A stretch of DNA of 64,000 nt from a virus. Lineage: Duplodnaviria > Caudoviricetes. The position numbers and the translations under genes are program-made. Position 1 is the first letter of the stretch, and each line of letters starts with the position of its first letter. The stretch lies in the IMG/VR virus record IMGVR_UViG_3300003320_000853; one strand, given 5' to 3'. This document shows, piece after piece, positions 8,801 to 17,594 of this stretch. Under the pieces are notes generated by a model. That model saw only the letters and a list, made by a program, of their open reading frames with translations, searched no databases and was not told the origin of the DNA.

Positions 8801-11028
8801 CCAATGTCGCCGATGTCACCCTCGACATCAACCTCCAGATCCGAACGTTCACACACGGGATCACGCCGAACGCCGTCATGGCGGCCATCGACGACGGCGA
8901 CCGCCTCACACAGCTCTGCTTCCTGTCGGACACGTCGGCGCCGAAGCTCTCCTACGGAGGCCGATCCTTCCCCGATCAAGTCCAGCCGAATCCGTGGACG
9001 TCAATGGGCGGTGCGGGCGTCGCCATGATCGGCCAGCTCCTCCGCATCACCGACACGTCAACGAGTGACGGGCGGGTTTATTTCGTCGACGACACCGCCC
9101 CGAGCGGCGACCCGGATCGTGTGGTCGACTCGACGATCGACTTCATCCTGGAGAGCCGATTCACCGTGCATACCTACACGATGGATGGTGGAAACTTCGC
9201 GGGGGCCATGGCGCAGGTCTTCGATGGCGTCCGCTCCGTCGGGTTCATGATCCTAGATGTGGGTGGAACGCGAAACGTGGCGCTTCACGCGGACGGCGTC
9301 GTGGTCACCCAGTTCGCCTTCGAGTGGAACGACGGCTCCGCGCATACCTACCGCCTCTCGAAGAGCACGGGGGGCAACCTCGTGTCCCTGTTCATCGACG
9401 GGCTCTTCGTCGGCTCCGCAGCCTACAGCGCCTTCGCGGCCTCCACCCCGCAGCCCATCGGAATCGTGTCTTTCGGATCGTCGACCCCGGCCTCGATGCA
9501 GTCGACGTCGACGGTCGACTGGACGTATACGAACGCCTGGCGTGTCATCTCGGGCTTCCGAGCCTTCGTCGGCATCTGGAAGGGATCCGATCCCAACGCG
9601 CTCACCGGCTACCACCTCCCGCTCAAGGGATCGGGCCGGGAGGTTGCAGTTTCAGGCAACGTCCTCGCCGATCCCCTCGCCAACTTCATGAGTGCGGGCG
9701 TCGTGTCGAACGATCTGCTCATCATCGACGACGGGCCCAACAAGGGCGTCTACACGGTGCTTTCTGTTCCTGGCTCGACACACCTCACGGTTGATCCCAT
9801 TTTTGCAGTACAGCCGTCGATTGTTTCCTACCGGATCCCGCGGCAGACCCCCTGGACGACAGCACACAAGTATCGGATCCAGCGCACCATCGAGGGCGCG
9901 GTCGTGATCTTCGAAGATGCAACCGAAATCATGACCCTCGGGTACAATTCGGTCGATCTGCCGTCGAGCAGCGTTGGAGTGCCTACGATCTTGGCTGGCG
10001 GGATGCCATCGATCGTCTTCGGCGCCTTCGACCCCACAAATCTCTCCCAGACGAGCTGGGATTTCGTGAGGTACGGGATCACGCGTTCGCCCGGCGAGAT
10101 GCGAATCGTACCGCATCACCAAGTGCTGAACCAGCGGAACGTCATTGCGTCCCCCGAGCATCTGACCACGGGGATCGTGCATCCCCACACAGATTTCTGG
10201 AGCAGCTCGACGGGGATCCCGCCCGCGACCGCCCCCGACCTTCTCACAAATCCAGGGCTTGTCGCTTTCACCCTCTTGAACGAGGACACGCCGCTCGTCC
10301 CCTCGACGCAGACGGCCGAGGTGCGGCATCTGACGACGCAACTTGTCCCGGTTGCATCGCTCAACCAACCCTCGGACGTGCTCAACTCCAGTGGGAGTTT
10401 TACGCTGAACAATGGGGCCTTCGAGTTCGAGTTCGTCGTGCCGGACGACGTGCTCTACAACTCCCTCCAGGTCATCGAGACGGACACGGGCACCCGGAAC
10501 CTCCTGGCGCCGGCCGACGACCTCCTCCTCGACCTTGGGACGTTCTCCTGGCAGGATGAAGTCTGCCTCGTCTACACGGGGGACACGCTCCCCGAGCAGG
10601 ACACGACGGCGAGCACCCCGTGGATGCTCGCCTCGGACGACCCCAGCCATGTCACACGATCGGCCTTCTCGGGAACCCTCACGTACGGCACCGATGGCAC
10701 CGGAACGCGGACGGTCTACAAGAACGTGACGCCGCTCCTGGGCACCACCTTGAACAGCCAGGTGTCTTTCCGGCTCAAGGTCTTGAACGATTCGACCGGG
10801 GGCACCGGGGATTCACAGATCCGGGTCGGCTTCTCGGCCGCGGGCATCACCATGGCGCTCGCCTTGGTCACCTCGGGCCTTGGGCAGCGCTACATTCTCG
10901 TCTACGACTTGACCGCCAACCGGGTCGTGGGTGGAGCCCCGTTCAACTTCCTCGACGGCAACTTCCACACGTACCAGATCGCCGTGAGCCCCAGCGGAGG
11001 GACGGTGACCATCACCGTCGACGGGTGA
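5875..11028 (+). CDS. Giant virion structural protein with Ig-like N-terminus and repeated lectin/LamG-like modules
   Basis: 1717 aa; YGQAPYGQSPYGG start, PSLVSTVP.DNSTG Ig-like motif; four SY....LPE....PW repeats; WDFVRY twice. Confidence 0.65.
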   Translation: MSYGQAPYGQSPYGGVSFDLTGPSLVSTVPTDNSTGISSTTAVTAVITSPSTFDPFSVNVTLNGLQAVVASTFLPGYSGTILFDGVNCTITISGHPDFPGGTLIPASFVVTDLAELSGTFSFAFNTTPGTVLLSETLGVVETPVIMPGHALTIVNLDATTVQVSLSEELRIDDITDVARFLFMGIDGGVPLWVSNATPGFTTKQTGTAGATGTPDANPLFSHVLTLDGSFSTDNIGDYITFTGPTRSWNQGVVTRIVGVISTHTVQVDASIFRDDPRNGSLAWTHTSAVQTLTLTVNKATNGKTYGLVVGPFLSKTNGPVTLAGSFVASVPLPQLASATFFPDGFVLVAFGEAMRSDGDLTSAAEYAITGPSTVEVASAAPIDETSVLLRTTGLAVGSYTLTVNASGTPKDVAGNPIDPSFNTGIFTAAVPLAPRSIFTDRGPIAKPKSIVASGSGATLSNFTDVTLPGANLSLSHVGLYVSLTTTKNGGTYRIAAVLGATKATLLASFSLPDPQNGSIAWQLIDPQNGQIADDPADVMVTVNNSPVTPTAVLGLLGQIVLPTIPAHGSSVKVSYSWINNPTVDVRRLNSKEFRLNAWNRDVGLPTDASNGHKYRFNNTLVQPTEFVAADMQAVLSQPLQRDLKYRAYERAYTAVLNDPTLLLLNSPTHSIAFPPLQRIVTQTFISYEPNVLPENDANPWTRFGNGTASVVAGELVVQDTQSGPFPAGAPIYWSKTIDLTFPHVFAATWQVVVNSVPTLEGVFTGIAAGFSDSQRAFVVGFLMDGSTAKVGFFTGGDPTSIASWTGGIDVHGNPSGAPVALDWTIVHSFRIFRGTDQVVKLYIDGAVTESLRLASSGFLFLSDLHDPFNSLEGVFFGSLSYIGTSTSTWDFVRYLILPTNPIQSSPSVFVSYEANTTPEKGTLPWTPVGAHGTETILGGDFLLLDSTSATTPSVATLAGLVDGDFRGFVRIEPLLSNVADVTLDINLQIRTFTHGITPNAVMAAIDDGDRLTQLCFLSDTSAPKLSYGGRSFPDQVQPNPWTSMGGAGVAMIGQLLRITDTSTSDGRVYFVDDTAPSGDPDRVVDSTIDFILESRFTVHTYTMDGGNFAGAMAQVFDGVRSVGFMILDVGGTRNVALHADGVVVTQFAFEWNDGSAHTYRLSKSTGGNLVSLFIDGLFVGSAAYSAFAASTPQPIGIVSFGSSTPASMQSTSTVDWTYTNAWRVISGFRAFVGIWKGSDPNALTGYHLPLKGSGREVAVSGNVLADPLANFMSAGVVSNDLLIIDDGPNKGVYTVLSVPGSTHLTVDPIFAVQPSIVSYRIPRQTPWTTAHKYRIQRTIEGAVVIFEDATEIMTLGYNSVDLPSSSVGVPTILAGGMPSIVFGAFDPTNLSQTSWDFVRYGITRSPGEMRIVPHHQVLNQRNVIASPEHLTTGIVHPHTDFWSSSTGIPPATAPDLLTNPGLVAFTLLNEDTPLVPSTQTAEVRHLTTQLVPVASLNQPSDVLNSSGSFTLNNGAFEFEFVVPDDVLYNSLQVIETDTGTRNLLAPADDLLLDLGTFSWQDEVCLVYTGDTLPEQDTTASTPWMLASDDPSHVTRSAFSGTLTYGTDGTGTRTVYKNVTPLLGTTLNSQVSFRLKVLNDSTGGTGDSQIRVGFSAAGITMALALVTSGLGQRYILVYDLTANRVVGGAPFNFLDGNFHTYQIAVSPSGGTVTITVDG

Positions 11029-11031
11029 ACC

Positions 11032-11256
11032 ATGAATTGCATTAGATGTGGAAAAGAAGGCGCAACCCATGAGATCGCTAGGAAGGGCGTCTCCACTTGG
11101 TATCATAGGACTGCCGAGTGCTACCCGGGGTTGACCTCCGAGGAATACAATGCCCATCTTGAGGACCCCGTCAAAAGGGAGAATCTTCTCAACCTCCTGC
11201 TCCATCTTCGGGACAAGTTCCTGAACGAATACGGGATGAAGGGCCACATTAGTTAG
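11032..11256 (+). CDS. Small hypothetical protein with N-terminal CxxC
   Basis: 74 aa ORF exactly filling the gap; more AT-rich than its neighbours. Confidence 0.55.
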   Translation: MNCIRCGKEGATHEIARKGVSTWYHRTAECYPGLTSEEYNAHLEDPVKRENLLNLLLHLRDKFLNEYGMKGHIS

Positions 11257-11258
11257 TC

Positions 11259-11777
11259 ATGGCCGTCACGATCGTCGTCAAGCTCGAAGACTTCACGGGC
11301 CTTGTGCAAGGCGGCCTGCTCGGCAACGCTCCGGGCCAGGTCTTCTTCTCGCCGGCCCTGGTCTCGCCTGCGGCAAACTCTACGATCCAGGTGGACGAGG
11401 TAAGTGCCTGTACGTTCGCCTACGATACATATACCTTCCCTGTCCTCGTCGATCCGCCGCTCCTCTTCACGGCCCCGATCAAGTCGGGGCCCACGACCCC
11501 GGTCGCGATGCTCGGCTCGGCTGTGCTCTTCGCGATCCCCCAACGCCTCGGTGAGGCCACGTTCGCGTTCACCTGGCAGAACACAGACACGGCGAACCAG
11601 GCGACCGACTCGCGGGCCATCGCCACGCTTGCGGAGCCTCTCGATTCGACCCGGGTTTCCTTTCTGAACAACACCCACTGGAAGCTTCGCGACGGCACTG
11701 ATCCGCCCTTCATTACGGCGGCGAATCTCACAGCGATCCCGCCCGGTCCGACGACGGTGATCACCCTGGAAGCGTAG
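11259..11777 (+). CDS. Hypothetical virion structural protein
   Basis: 172 aa, in the structural operon, codon usage like neighbours. Confidence 0.65.
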   Translation: MAVTIVVKLEDFTGLVQGGLLGNAPGQVFFSPALVSPAANSTIQVDEVSACTFAYDTYTFPVLVDPPLLFTAPIKSGPTTPVAMLGSAVLFAIPQRLGEATFAFTWQNTDTANQATDSRAIATLAEPLDSTRVSFLNNTHWKLRDGTDPPFITAANLTAIPPGPTTVITLEA

Positions 11778-11783
11778 AGGTTT

Positions 11784-11806
11784 TTCTTATCGTTGCGGCT
11801 CGGGTG
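11784..11806 (+). promoter_or_regulatory. Class L motif TTCTTATC, 15 nt before ATG 11807
   Basis: Intergenic T-rich box at the same spacing as 1292 and 16947. Confidence 0.55.
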
Positions 11807-12469
11807 ATGCTCCACAAGGACAGCACCGTCCAAGCTTCGGATCCCGCGTGGCAGATGGCGATGGGGATCCAGTACGAGGAGGATCTCCGGCGAGAACTTC
11901 CTCGCGAAGGGTACTACATCCGAGGCGACGTCTCCATCAAGCTCCAAGACGCCGCGACCGGCGAGGAGACGAGCTACGAGCTGCGGAACCTTGTCGTTCT
12001 CGATGCCTCGATCTTGATCGCGCGGCTCCTGAAGAACTCCCAGGAGCCGCCCCATGGGATCTTCGCGCTGGCCATCGGTACGGGGGACGTCGGCTGGAAC
12101 CCGATGAGCCCTCCTGCGGCGACGAACACTCAGAGGGCGCTCTTCTCGGAGCTGACGCGGAAAACCTTCGCGAACACACAGTTCATCGACTCGGGCGGCC
12201 TACCCGCATCGATCCCGACCAAGGTCGTGGACTACACGACTACCTTCGCTCAGTCGGAGGCCGTGGGCCCTCTCGTCGAAATGGGTCTCATCGGGGGCAA
12301 CATCTCCTCGAACCTTGCGGTCAAGAACCCTGTATCTCCGCCGAACGGATCCTATGACCCGACGGTCGATCTTACGACCAAGGAGACGATGATCAACTAT
12401 CTCACATTTCCTGTGATCAACAAGCCGGCGACGTCGACAATGACCATCGTCTGGAGACTCACGACGTGA
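11804..12469 (+). CDS. Putative baseplate/tail-fibre attachment protein
   Basis: 221 aa; RNLVV...LAIGTG...EMGL...INKP pattern of tail-collar-like proteins; real start may be ATG 11807. Confidence 0.6.
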   Translation: MMLHKDSTVQASDPAWQMAMGIQYEEDLRRELPREGYYIRGDVSIKLQDAATGEETSYELRNLVVLDASILIARLLKNSQEPPHGIFALAIGTGDVGWNPMSPPAATNTQRALFSELTRKTFANTQFIDSGGLPASIPTKVVDYTTTFAQSEAVGPLVEMGLIGGNISSNLAVKNPVSPPNGSYDPTVDLTTKETMINYLTFPVINKPATSTMTIVWRLTT

Positions 12470-15036
12470 GCAAGAACTTCGGACCCAACGTCTCCGGATA
12501 CCTGGACCCCACGGGTCGCAATTTCGAGACGACCGTCTTCCAGGCGGGCAAGGCAGTCCTCGACAAGGAGCTGAACCTCGTCCAAGACGCGGAGCATCCC
12601 CCGGACTTTCCCGTCTCGGGATGGGTGGCCTTGGACTTCACCGCGACGAGCAGCTCGACGTCCATCTTCGTCCAGAGCTCGACCGCGAACCAGCTCCACC
12701 TCCGCGGCTCTGCCCTTGCGATCGTTCAGGGTCGCACGCTCAGCATCAGCTCGACCAACGATGCGACCGACAACATCCTCGACCTTGGCGCCGGGCCAAG
12801 CGGGGCGGGGGCAAAGCGCACCGACCTCGTGATCCTCGAAGTCTGGCGGATGCTCATCTCGGCTTCGCCGAGCACGGTGGGAAAGAGCGGGTCGGGACGC
12901 ATCTGGTTCCTCGGCAACGTGAAGATCCCGTCGGGATCCGATCTCACGCTGAACTTCGTGGACGACATCCTCGACACGAACGTGGCGTCGGAGACGACGA
13001 AGCGCGTTCAGATCCAGTACCGGCTCCGGGTGATCAAGGGTGTCGATCTCTTTGCTCACCCGTATGGGATCGACGACCCCACGGTCTTCGCGAACACGGT
13101 GCCCACGAACGCCGCCACTCCCGACGGGACGGCATCAACCTTCGCCTACGTGAACCAGTCTTCGAACGGGGACCCCGGCTTGTGGTTGGCGGGTGATGGG
13201 AACCCTTCCAATGCTCTTGGCACGGTCGACGGCTTCATGTATGCGATCCCCCTGTGCGCCGTCTTCCGTCGGAACACGACAGCCTTCAGCAGGAACACGA
13301 ACCACAACGGGGGTGTGGCGAGCCCCGGCCCGAGCGATCGTCCGGACGGTCTCTTCCAGGACATCATCGTGCCGCGGGACTTCGTCGACCTTCGACATGG
13401 AGTCGCACCTGGCGGTTGGAACTACGCCGAGATCCTCCAGAAGAGCTTCAACCTCCTGCTCGACAACCAGACGCAGACCGAGTGGATGACCACGCCGAAC
13501 GGCGGGGGATACAACGGGCACACGGTCTTCTGGGGGGACGAGATCGGCATCTCCACCGGCAACGGAGGAGACGGAACGACCACGGGGGACACGCCGGGCG
13601 CCACATTCATCGGGCAGTTCGATTCGACCCGGAGGACGATCTCTGATCGCTCGATCTACGAGGTCATGACGGTCTCCATCCCGGCACCCGGTGGCGGATG
13701 GGCGAGCGACGCCACGATTACGATCGACCCCTCGACGCTCGCGATCTATCCGTTCTCCGCCATCAACTGGGCGAGCTTCGCGCCAACGGGCGTCCAGTTC
13801 CTCGACGTCCTCGCGATGAACTTCATCGCGACGTCGAGCCCGACCGCATCGGTGCATCAGGGCCTGCAATACGTGCAGAACATCACGGGGATCAACCAAT
13901 CCCCTGTGGCGTCGATCGTGATCACGCTCGGCACGATTCCAGGGGCGATCCTCACACAGACCTTGTACGTCGACATCCTCGTGGCGTACCCCCCTGGCGT
14001 GGGGCTCACCATGACCCCCACGGGCACCTACTCGGGAACGTTCAGCGTCAACAACCCCAGTGCTCTTTCGGCTTCGTCCCCCATCTCTTTCAGCGCGATG
14101 GCGGGGTCGAATGCGATCGACTTCCCGCATCGGGAAGCTCTCATTCAGTACCAGACGTCACAGCTCTCTCTCACGATCACGGCGGACACCTCGGGGAGCC
14201 ACGTGATCTTCCTTCCGGAGAGGGCGACTTCGATCACCAACGTCCAGAAGAACGGTGTGGGGATCACCGGGTCCGTCACGCTCGACGGGACGGGAAGGTT
14301 CTTCACGTTCAACAATGGCGCAGATTTCCCGGCTGCGGGGGACGCTATCTCGTTCAACTACGTCGCGATTCGTCCGATCCCTCAGTGCGGCGTCCAGATG
14401 ACCCTCTACTACGACGCCCGGGCACCGCAAACGGCTCGATCGTCGCTCGTCGGATCTACGATCACCCTCACCCCTCGACTCATCGGGAACGCGGTATACG
14501 AGATCACGACGGGGAGCGGGTCGCAGGACGAAGGCTATCCCTTCCCATCCGCCTACGCACAGATGGGCGGCGTCTACCCGACGTCCGCCAGCTCGTTCGC
14601 GGGCGAGCACGAGCTGGCGGCGAGCGGCGAGATCGACTTCCCTGGCTTCACGATCGCGTCGGGCTTCGCACAGCTCGGGAGCTTCATCCCTTTCGTGACA
14701 GCTCCAGAGGCCATGACGTTCAACCGGGCGAACGGAGACATCGACATCGAAGGCCGGACGTTTTTCAAGTCTGTGCCTGGCGGGGGTTACATCCCGAACG
14801 CCTTCGGGGTGTCGATGGTGAACGCGAAGCGGCACCGAAACGTACTTCCCGTGCTTGCCGAGATCGCAAGCGATGGGTTGCTTGGGGCCTCGGGCCAGCT
14901 CGTTCTCGTGCTGCTCCTCCGAGATGCCGTCTTCGATGACACGAACGGGGTGTTCTTCGTAAACGACCTCACGCAGAACCGAACGTCGGCTGCCGTTTTC
15001 CGCATCAAAGGCCACCCGCTGATCCGGAGGTTCTGA
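12466..15036 (+). CDS. Large baseplate/virion structural protein (paralog of 17595..21899)
   Basis: 856 aa; FQAGKAVLDKELNLVQD, ETTKRVQIQYRLRV, GDPGLW.AGDG, RPDGLF blocks shared with 17595. Confidence 0.7.
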   Translation: MSKNFGPNVSGYLDPTGRNFETTVFQAGKAVLDKELNLVQDAEHPPDFPVSGWVALDFTATSSSTSIFVQSSTANQLHLRGSALAIVQGRTLSISSTNDATDNILDLGAGPSGAGAKRTDLVILEVWRMLISASPSTVGKSGSGRIWFLGNVKIPSGSDLTLNFVDDILDTNVASETTKRVQIQYRLRVIKGVDLFAHPYGIDDPTVFANTVPTNAATPDGTASTFAYVNQSSNGDPGLWLAGDGNPSNALGTVDGFMYAIPLCAVFRRNTTAFSRNTNHNGGVASPGPSDRPDGLFQDIIVPRDFVDLRHGVAPGGWNYAEILQKSFNLLLDNQTQTEWMTTPNGGGYNGHTVFWGDEIGISTGNGGDGTTTGDTPGATFIGQFDSTRRTISDRSIYEVMTVSIPAPGGGWASDATITIDPSTLAIYPFSAINWASFAPTGVQFLDVLAMNFIATSSPTASVHQGLQYVQNITGINQSPVASIVITLGTIPGAILTQTLYVDILVAYPPGVGLTMTPTGTYSGTFSVNNPSALSASSPISFSAMAGSNAIDFPHREALIQYQTSQLSLTITADTSGSHVIFLPERATSITNVQKNGVGITGSVTLDGTGRFFTFNNGADFPAAGDAISFNYVAIRPIPQCGVQMTLYYDARAPQTARSSLVGSTITLTPRLIGNAVYEITTGSGSQDEGYPFPSAYAQMGGVYPTSASSFAGEHELAASGEIDFPGFTIASGFAQLGSFIPFVTAPEAMTFNRANGDIDIEGRTFFKSVPGGGYIPNAFGVSMVNAKRHRNVLPVLAEIASDGLLGASGQLVLVLLLRDAVFDDTNGVFFVNDLTQNRTSAAVFRIKGHPLIRRF

Positions 15037-16532
15037 TGCCCAGCATCAAGGATCCGTCTTCGCTTGTTCGACCCACGGACGGTTCTCCGCCGGCCGGAAC
15101 CTCTTCCTCCACGACCGGAGGAGGAGGGATCTCTATTCTCTACGGCCCGGGTCCGAACTGGGCCGATGGGACGACGAACCCCGCGACACCTCTCCCCGCA
15201 GAAGTCTCCAAGATCATCTTCGACCTTTCCTCCCTCACGGGTGGCACGGCGAAGATCGGTGGGGCAGCGCTCGTCGGCGCCCACGATACGATCGCGTCCG
15301 GCACGCTCTTCTCTCAGCTCGGCCTACTCAAGCAGGCGGCCCACATCGAGTATGCAGGCGGCGGCAACTGGGCGGATGCCACGACGAACCCCGCGACCCT
15401 CGTCTCGTCTCAGCTCACCAAGATCATCTCCGACCTCGCGGGAGCAACCGGCACGGCGAAGATCGGGGGTGCGGCTCTCACCGGCACATCGGGTACGATC
15501 GCCGCTGGGGAGCTCTTCACCCAGCTTGGCGCGCTCAAGCTTGCTGCGAACCTGGAGTACGCGGGCGGAGGCAACTGGGCGGACGGCACCACGAATCCGG
15601 CTACCAGCATCGAGGCACAGCTCGACAAGAACATCGCGGATCTTGCCGGCTCAGGGGGAGCGGCAAAGGTCGGGTCAGCGGCGCTCGTTGGCGCGAACGA
15701 CACGATCGCGGCCGGGACTCTCGCAAGCCAACTGATCCTCCTGAAGCAGGCGGCCCACATCGAGTACGCGGGGGGCACGAACTGGGCTGATGGAACGATC
15801 AATCCATCGACCTTGGTCGAGAATCAACTCGACAAGATCCTCTCTGATCTAGGCGGTTCTGGGGGTTCGGCAAAGATCGGTGCCACGGTCTCTGGAGGCT
15901 TCGACCCGAGCGAACAGTCTGTTCGAGCTCAGCTCGACGGCCTCGACACCCGCAAGTTCGACAAGGATGGGGGAACGATCACGGGCACTGTGAGGCTCGA
16001 TGGTGGGGGTACTGTATCCCAATACCCGATCCTCCAGAACTCCGTCAACGAGACCCGGGACTTCCTCAACCTCTACGCCGGTGGAGGAGTTCTCACCCTC
16101 GGCAGCCTCTTCGTCGCCAATACCCCCAGCATTCAGTTCGTGACTACGGGGTCTCCGATCACCGCGTGGGTCGAGCTTCGTCTTCCGGCGGGAGCGACCG
16201 TCGATCAGGTTACGGTTTCGTGGGCGGGAGCCATCCCTGGTTCCGGAGCTCTGACTGCGGCTACCTACCAGATCGTTTCCTTGGCAGGAAACGGGGCTTC
16301 GCCCACGACTATGATCACGTCCCCGGTTTCTGGAGTCACGACGGATACGAATGGAGGAACGTTCCTCCAGATGAACACCCAGGTCGTCACGCCGACGGGC
16401 GGCGTCTTCATTGCCAACCCGTTGGTGCGCTACTTCCTGATCATCACGTCGTTCGCCTACGCGTCGGGCACGACAACGTCCGAGGTGTACCGCGTCCAGG
16501 CGAGATTCAAGCCTTCTGCGCTCCATCCGTAG
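15036..16532 (+). CDS. Fibre-like protein with 69-70 aa tandem repeats
   Basis: 498 aa; NWADGTTNPAT-type units start at 15156, 15366, 15573, 15780. Confidence 0.7.
   Translation: MPSIKDPSSLVRPTDGSPPAGTSSSTTGGGGISILYGPGPNWADGTTNPATPLPAEVSKIIFDLSSLTGGTAKIGGAALVGAHDTIASGTLFSQLGLLKQAAHIEYAGGGNWADATTNPATLVSSQLTKIISDLAGATGTAKIGGAALTGTSGTIAAGELFTQLGALKLAANLEYAGGGNWADGTTNPATSIEAQLDKNIADLAGSGGAAKVGSAALVGANDTIAAGTLASQLILLKQAAHIEYAGGTNWADGTINPSTLVENQLDKILSDLGGSGGSAKIGATVSGGFDPSEQSVRAQLDGLDTRKFDKDGGTITGTVRLDGGGTVSQYPILQNSVNETRDFLNLYAGGGVLTLGSLFVANTPSIQFVTTGSPITAWVELRLPAGATVDQVTVSWAGAIPGSGALTAATYQIVSLAGNGASPTTMITSPVSGVTTDTNGGTFLQMNTQVVTPTGGVFIANPLVRYFLIITSFAYASGTTTSEVYRVQARFKPSALHP
15156..15880 (+). repeat. 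Intragenic tandem repeat, ~3.5 copies, period 207-210 nt
   Basis: aactgggcNgatg/aactgggcggacg anchors spaced 210, 207, 207 nt. Confidence 0.85.
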
Positions 16533-16533
16533 T

Positions 16534-16839
16534 TCAGTCGTCGCAGGAGGCCACCGCCACTGCCACCTTGGCATGCACCGTGGCGCAGTCGATGGCGCAT
16601 GCCTCCTCCCCGCTCGGGCAGACACCGTCGAGGCAAAGTTGTGCGGATCCGGGGGCTCCCTCGATGCCCTCACAGATGCACGTCCAGCGTCCGCACTCCG
16701 TGTAGTTGCTACAGGGCTCGCCGACATGACCCTCATCGTAGGGTTGCGACCCTCCAACGCCCTCATTGGGATCGGTTGCGCCACACGCCGCGAGAGCAAA
16801 CCACATGGTAAGAACCACCAACTTCGCACAGGATCTCAT
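16534..16839 (-). CDS. Cys-rich lipoprotein on the opposite strand
   Basis: 101 aa; signal peptide with lipobox FALAA/C; eight further Cys in the mature part; exactly fills the gap between structural genes. Confidence 0.7.
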   Translation of the reverse strand: MRSCAKLVVLTMWFALAACGATDPNEGVGGSQPYDEGHVGEPCSNYTECGRWTCICEGIEGAPGSAQLCLDGVCPSGEEACAIDCATVHAKVAVAVASCDD

Positions 16840-16924
16840 GTCTTTGGCCTTTGTTTTGGGGGTTTCCCCATCCTGCCCGTTCTACAGGAGAGCCGTGTCG
16901 GTAATCAATCAAACCGGAGGATTT

Positions 16925-16946
16925 TTTTATCCGCGGGCTGACGTTG
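16925..16946 (+). promoter_or_regulatory. Class L motif TTTTATC, 15 nt before ATG 16947
   Basis: Same spacing as 1292 and 11807. Confidence 0.5.
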
Positions 16947-17579
16947 ATGAGCAGCCTGTTCGTGGCCGATCTCTTCACGGATAAACTGATCGACCGTCGG
17001 ATCCTCTTCCCCGGAGGCTCGACTTCCTTCACAGGGGTCTACGGCGTCTTGGTGCCTGACGGCATCAATGTGGGCCACCCCCCAGACGTCAGCACCCTGA
17101 TCGCCTCCAAGTACGCAGGACTGCAACAGTTCTACGGCTTCCAGGGCCACATCTTCATCGACGAGAACTTCTCGAACGTCGACACGAACGCCTCGTCGCC
17201 CGTTCAGCTATCCGGGAAGTTTGGGGTGGCCATGCTCCTCCCTCCCTCGGGGAGCTCGATCGCGAAGACGCCCAATATCGAGCTCGATATTGTGCCCACC
17301 CAGGCCGTCATCGTCTTCGACATGTTCTACTTCGCAGACCAGGACGTCGCGGCGGGACGTTTCACCCGAAGCTACGTGCTCCCTGGGCCTGGAGACACTG
17401 AGGCCCAGGTGGTGTGCACCGCGAGCTTCAACGGCGGCAACAACTTCATCACCGTACCCCCCGGGTCGGTCTTTTCGATCCCCACCGATATCCATGGCCC
17501 CGCCTTCGTCCTCCAGTTCACGCGGACTGGGGGCACCAAGCGCCTGTTCATCGGGTCGTGGGCGGTTCTCTACCAATAG
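16947..17579 (+). CDS. Hypothetical virion structural protein
   Basis: ~210 aa beta-rich ORF (ASFNGGNNF) in the structural module. Confidence 0.65.
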   Translation: MSSLFVADLFTDKLIDRRILFPGGSTSFTGVYGVLVPDGINVGHPPDVSTLIASKYAGLQQFYGFQGHIFIDENFSNVDTNASSPVQLSGKFGVAMLLPPSGSSIAKTPNIELDIVPTQAVIVFDMFYFADQDVAAGRFTRSYVLPGPGDTEAQVVCTASFNGGNNFITVPPGSVFSIPTDIHGPAFVLQFTRTGGTKRLFIGSWAVLYQ

Positions 17580-17594
17580 GCCGCCAGAGGGTAC

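Noticed and set aside
15156-15880. CRISPR array or DGR template/variable repeat
   Set aside because: Repeats are in-frame protein repeats with synonymous divergence, no spacers and no adenine-specific pattern; no reverse transcriptase or cas gene in the window
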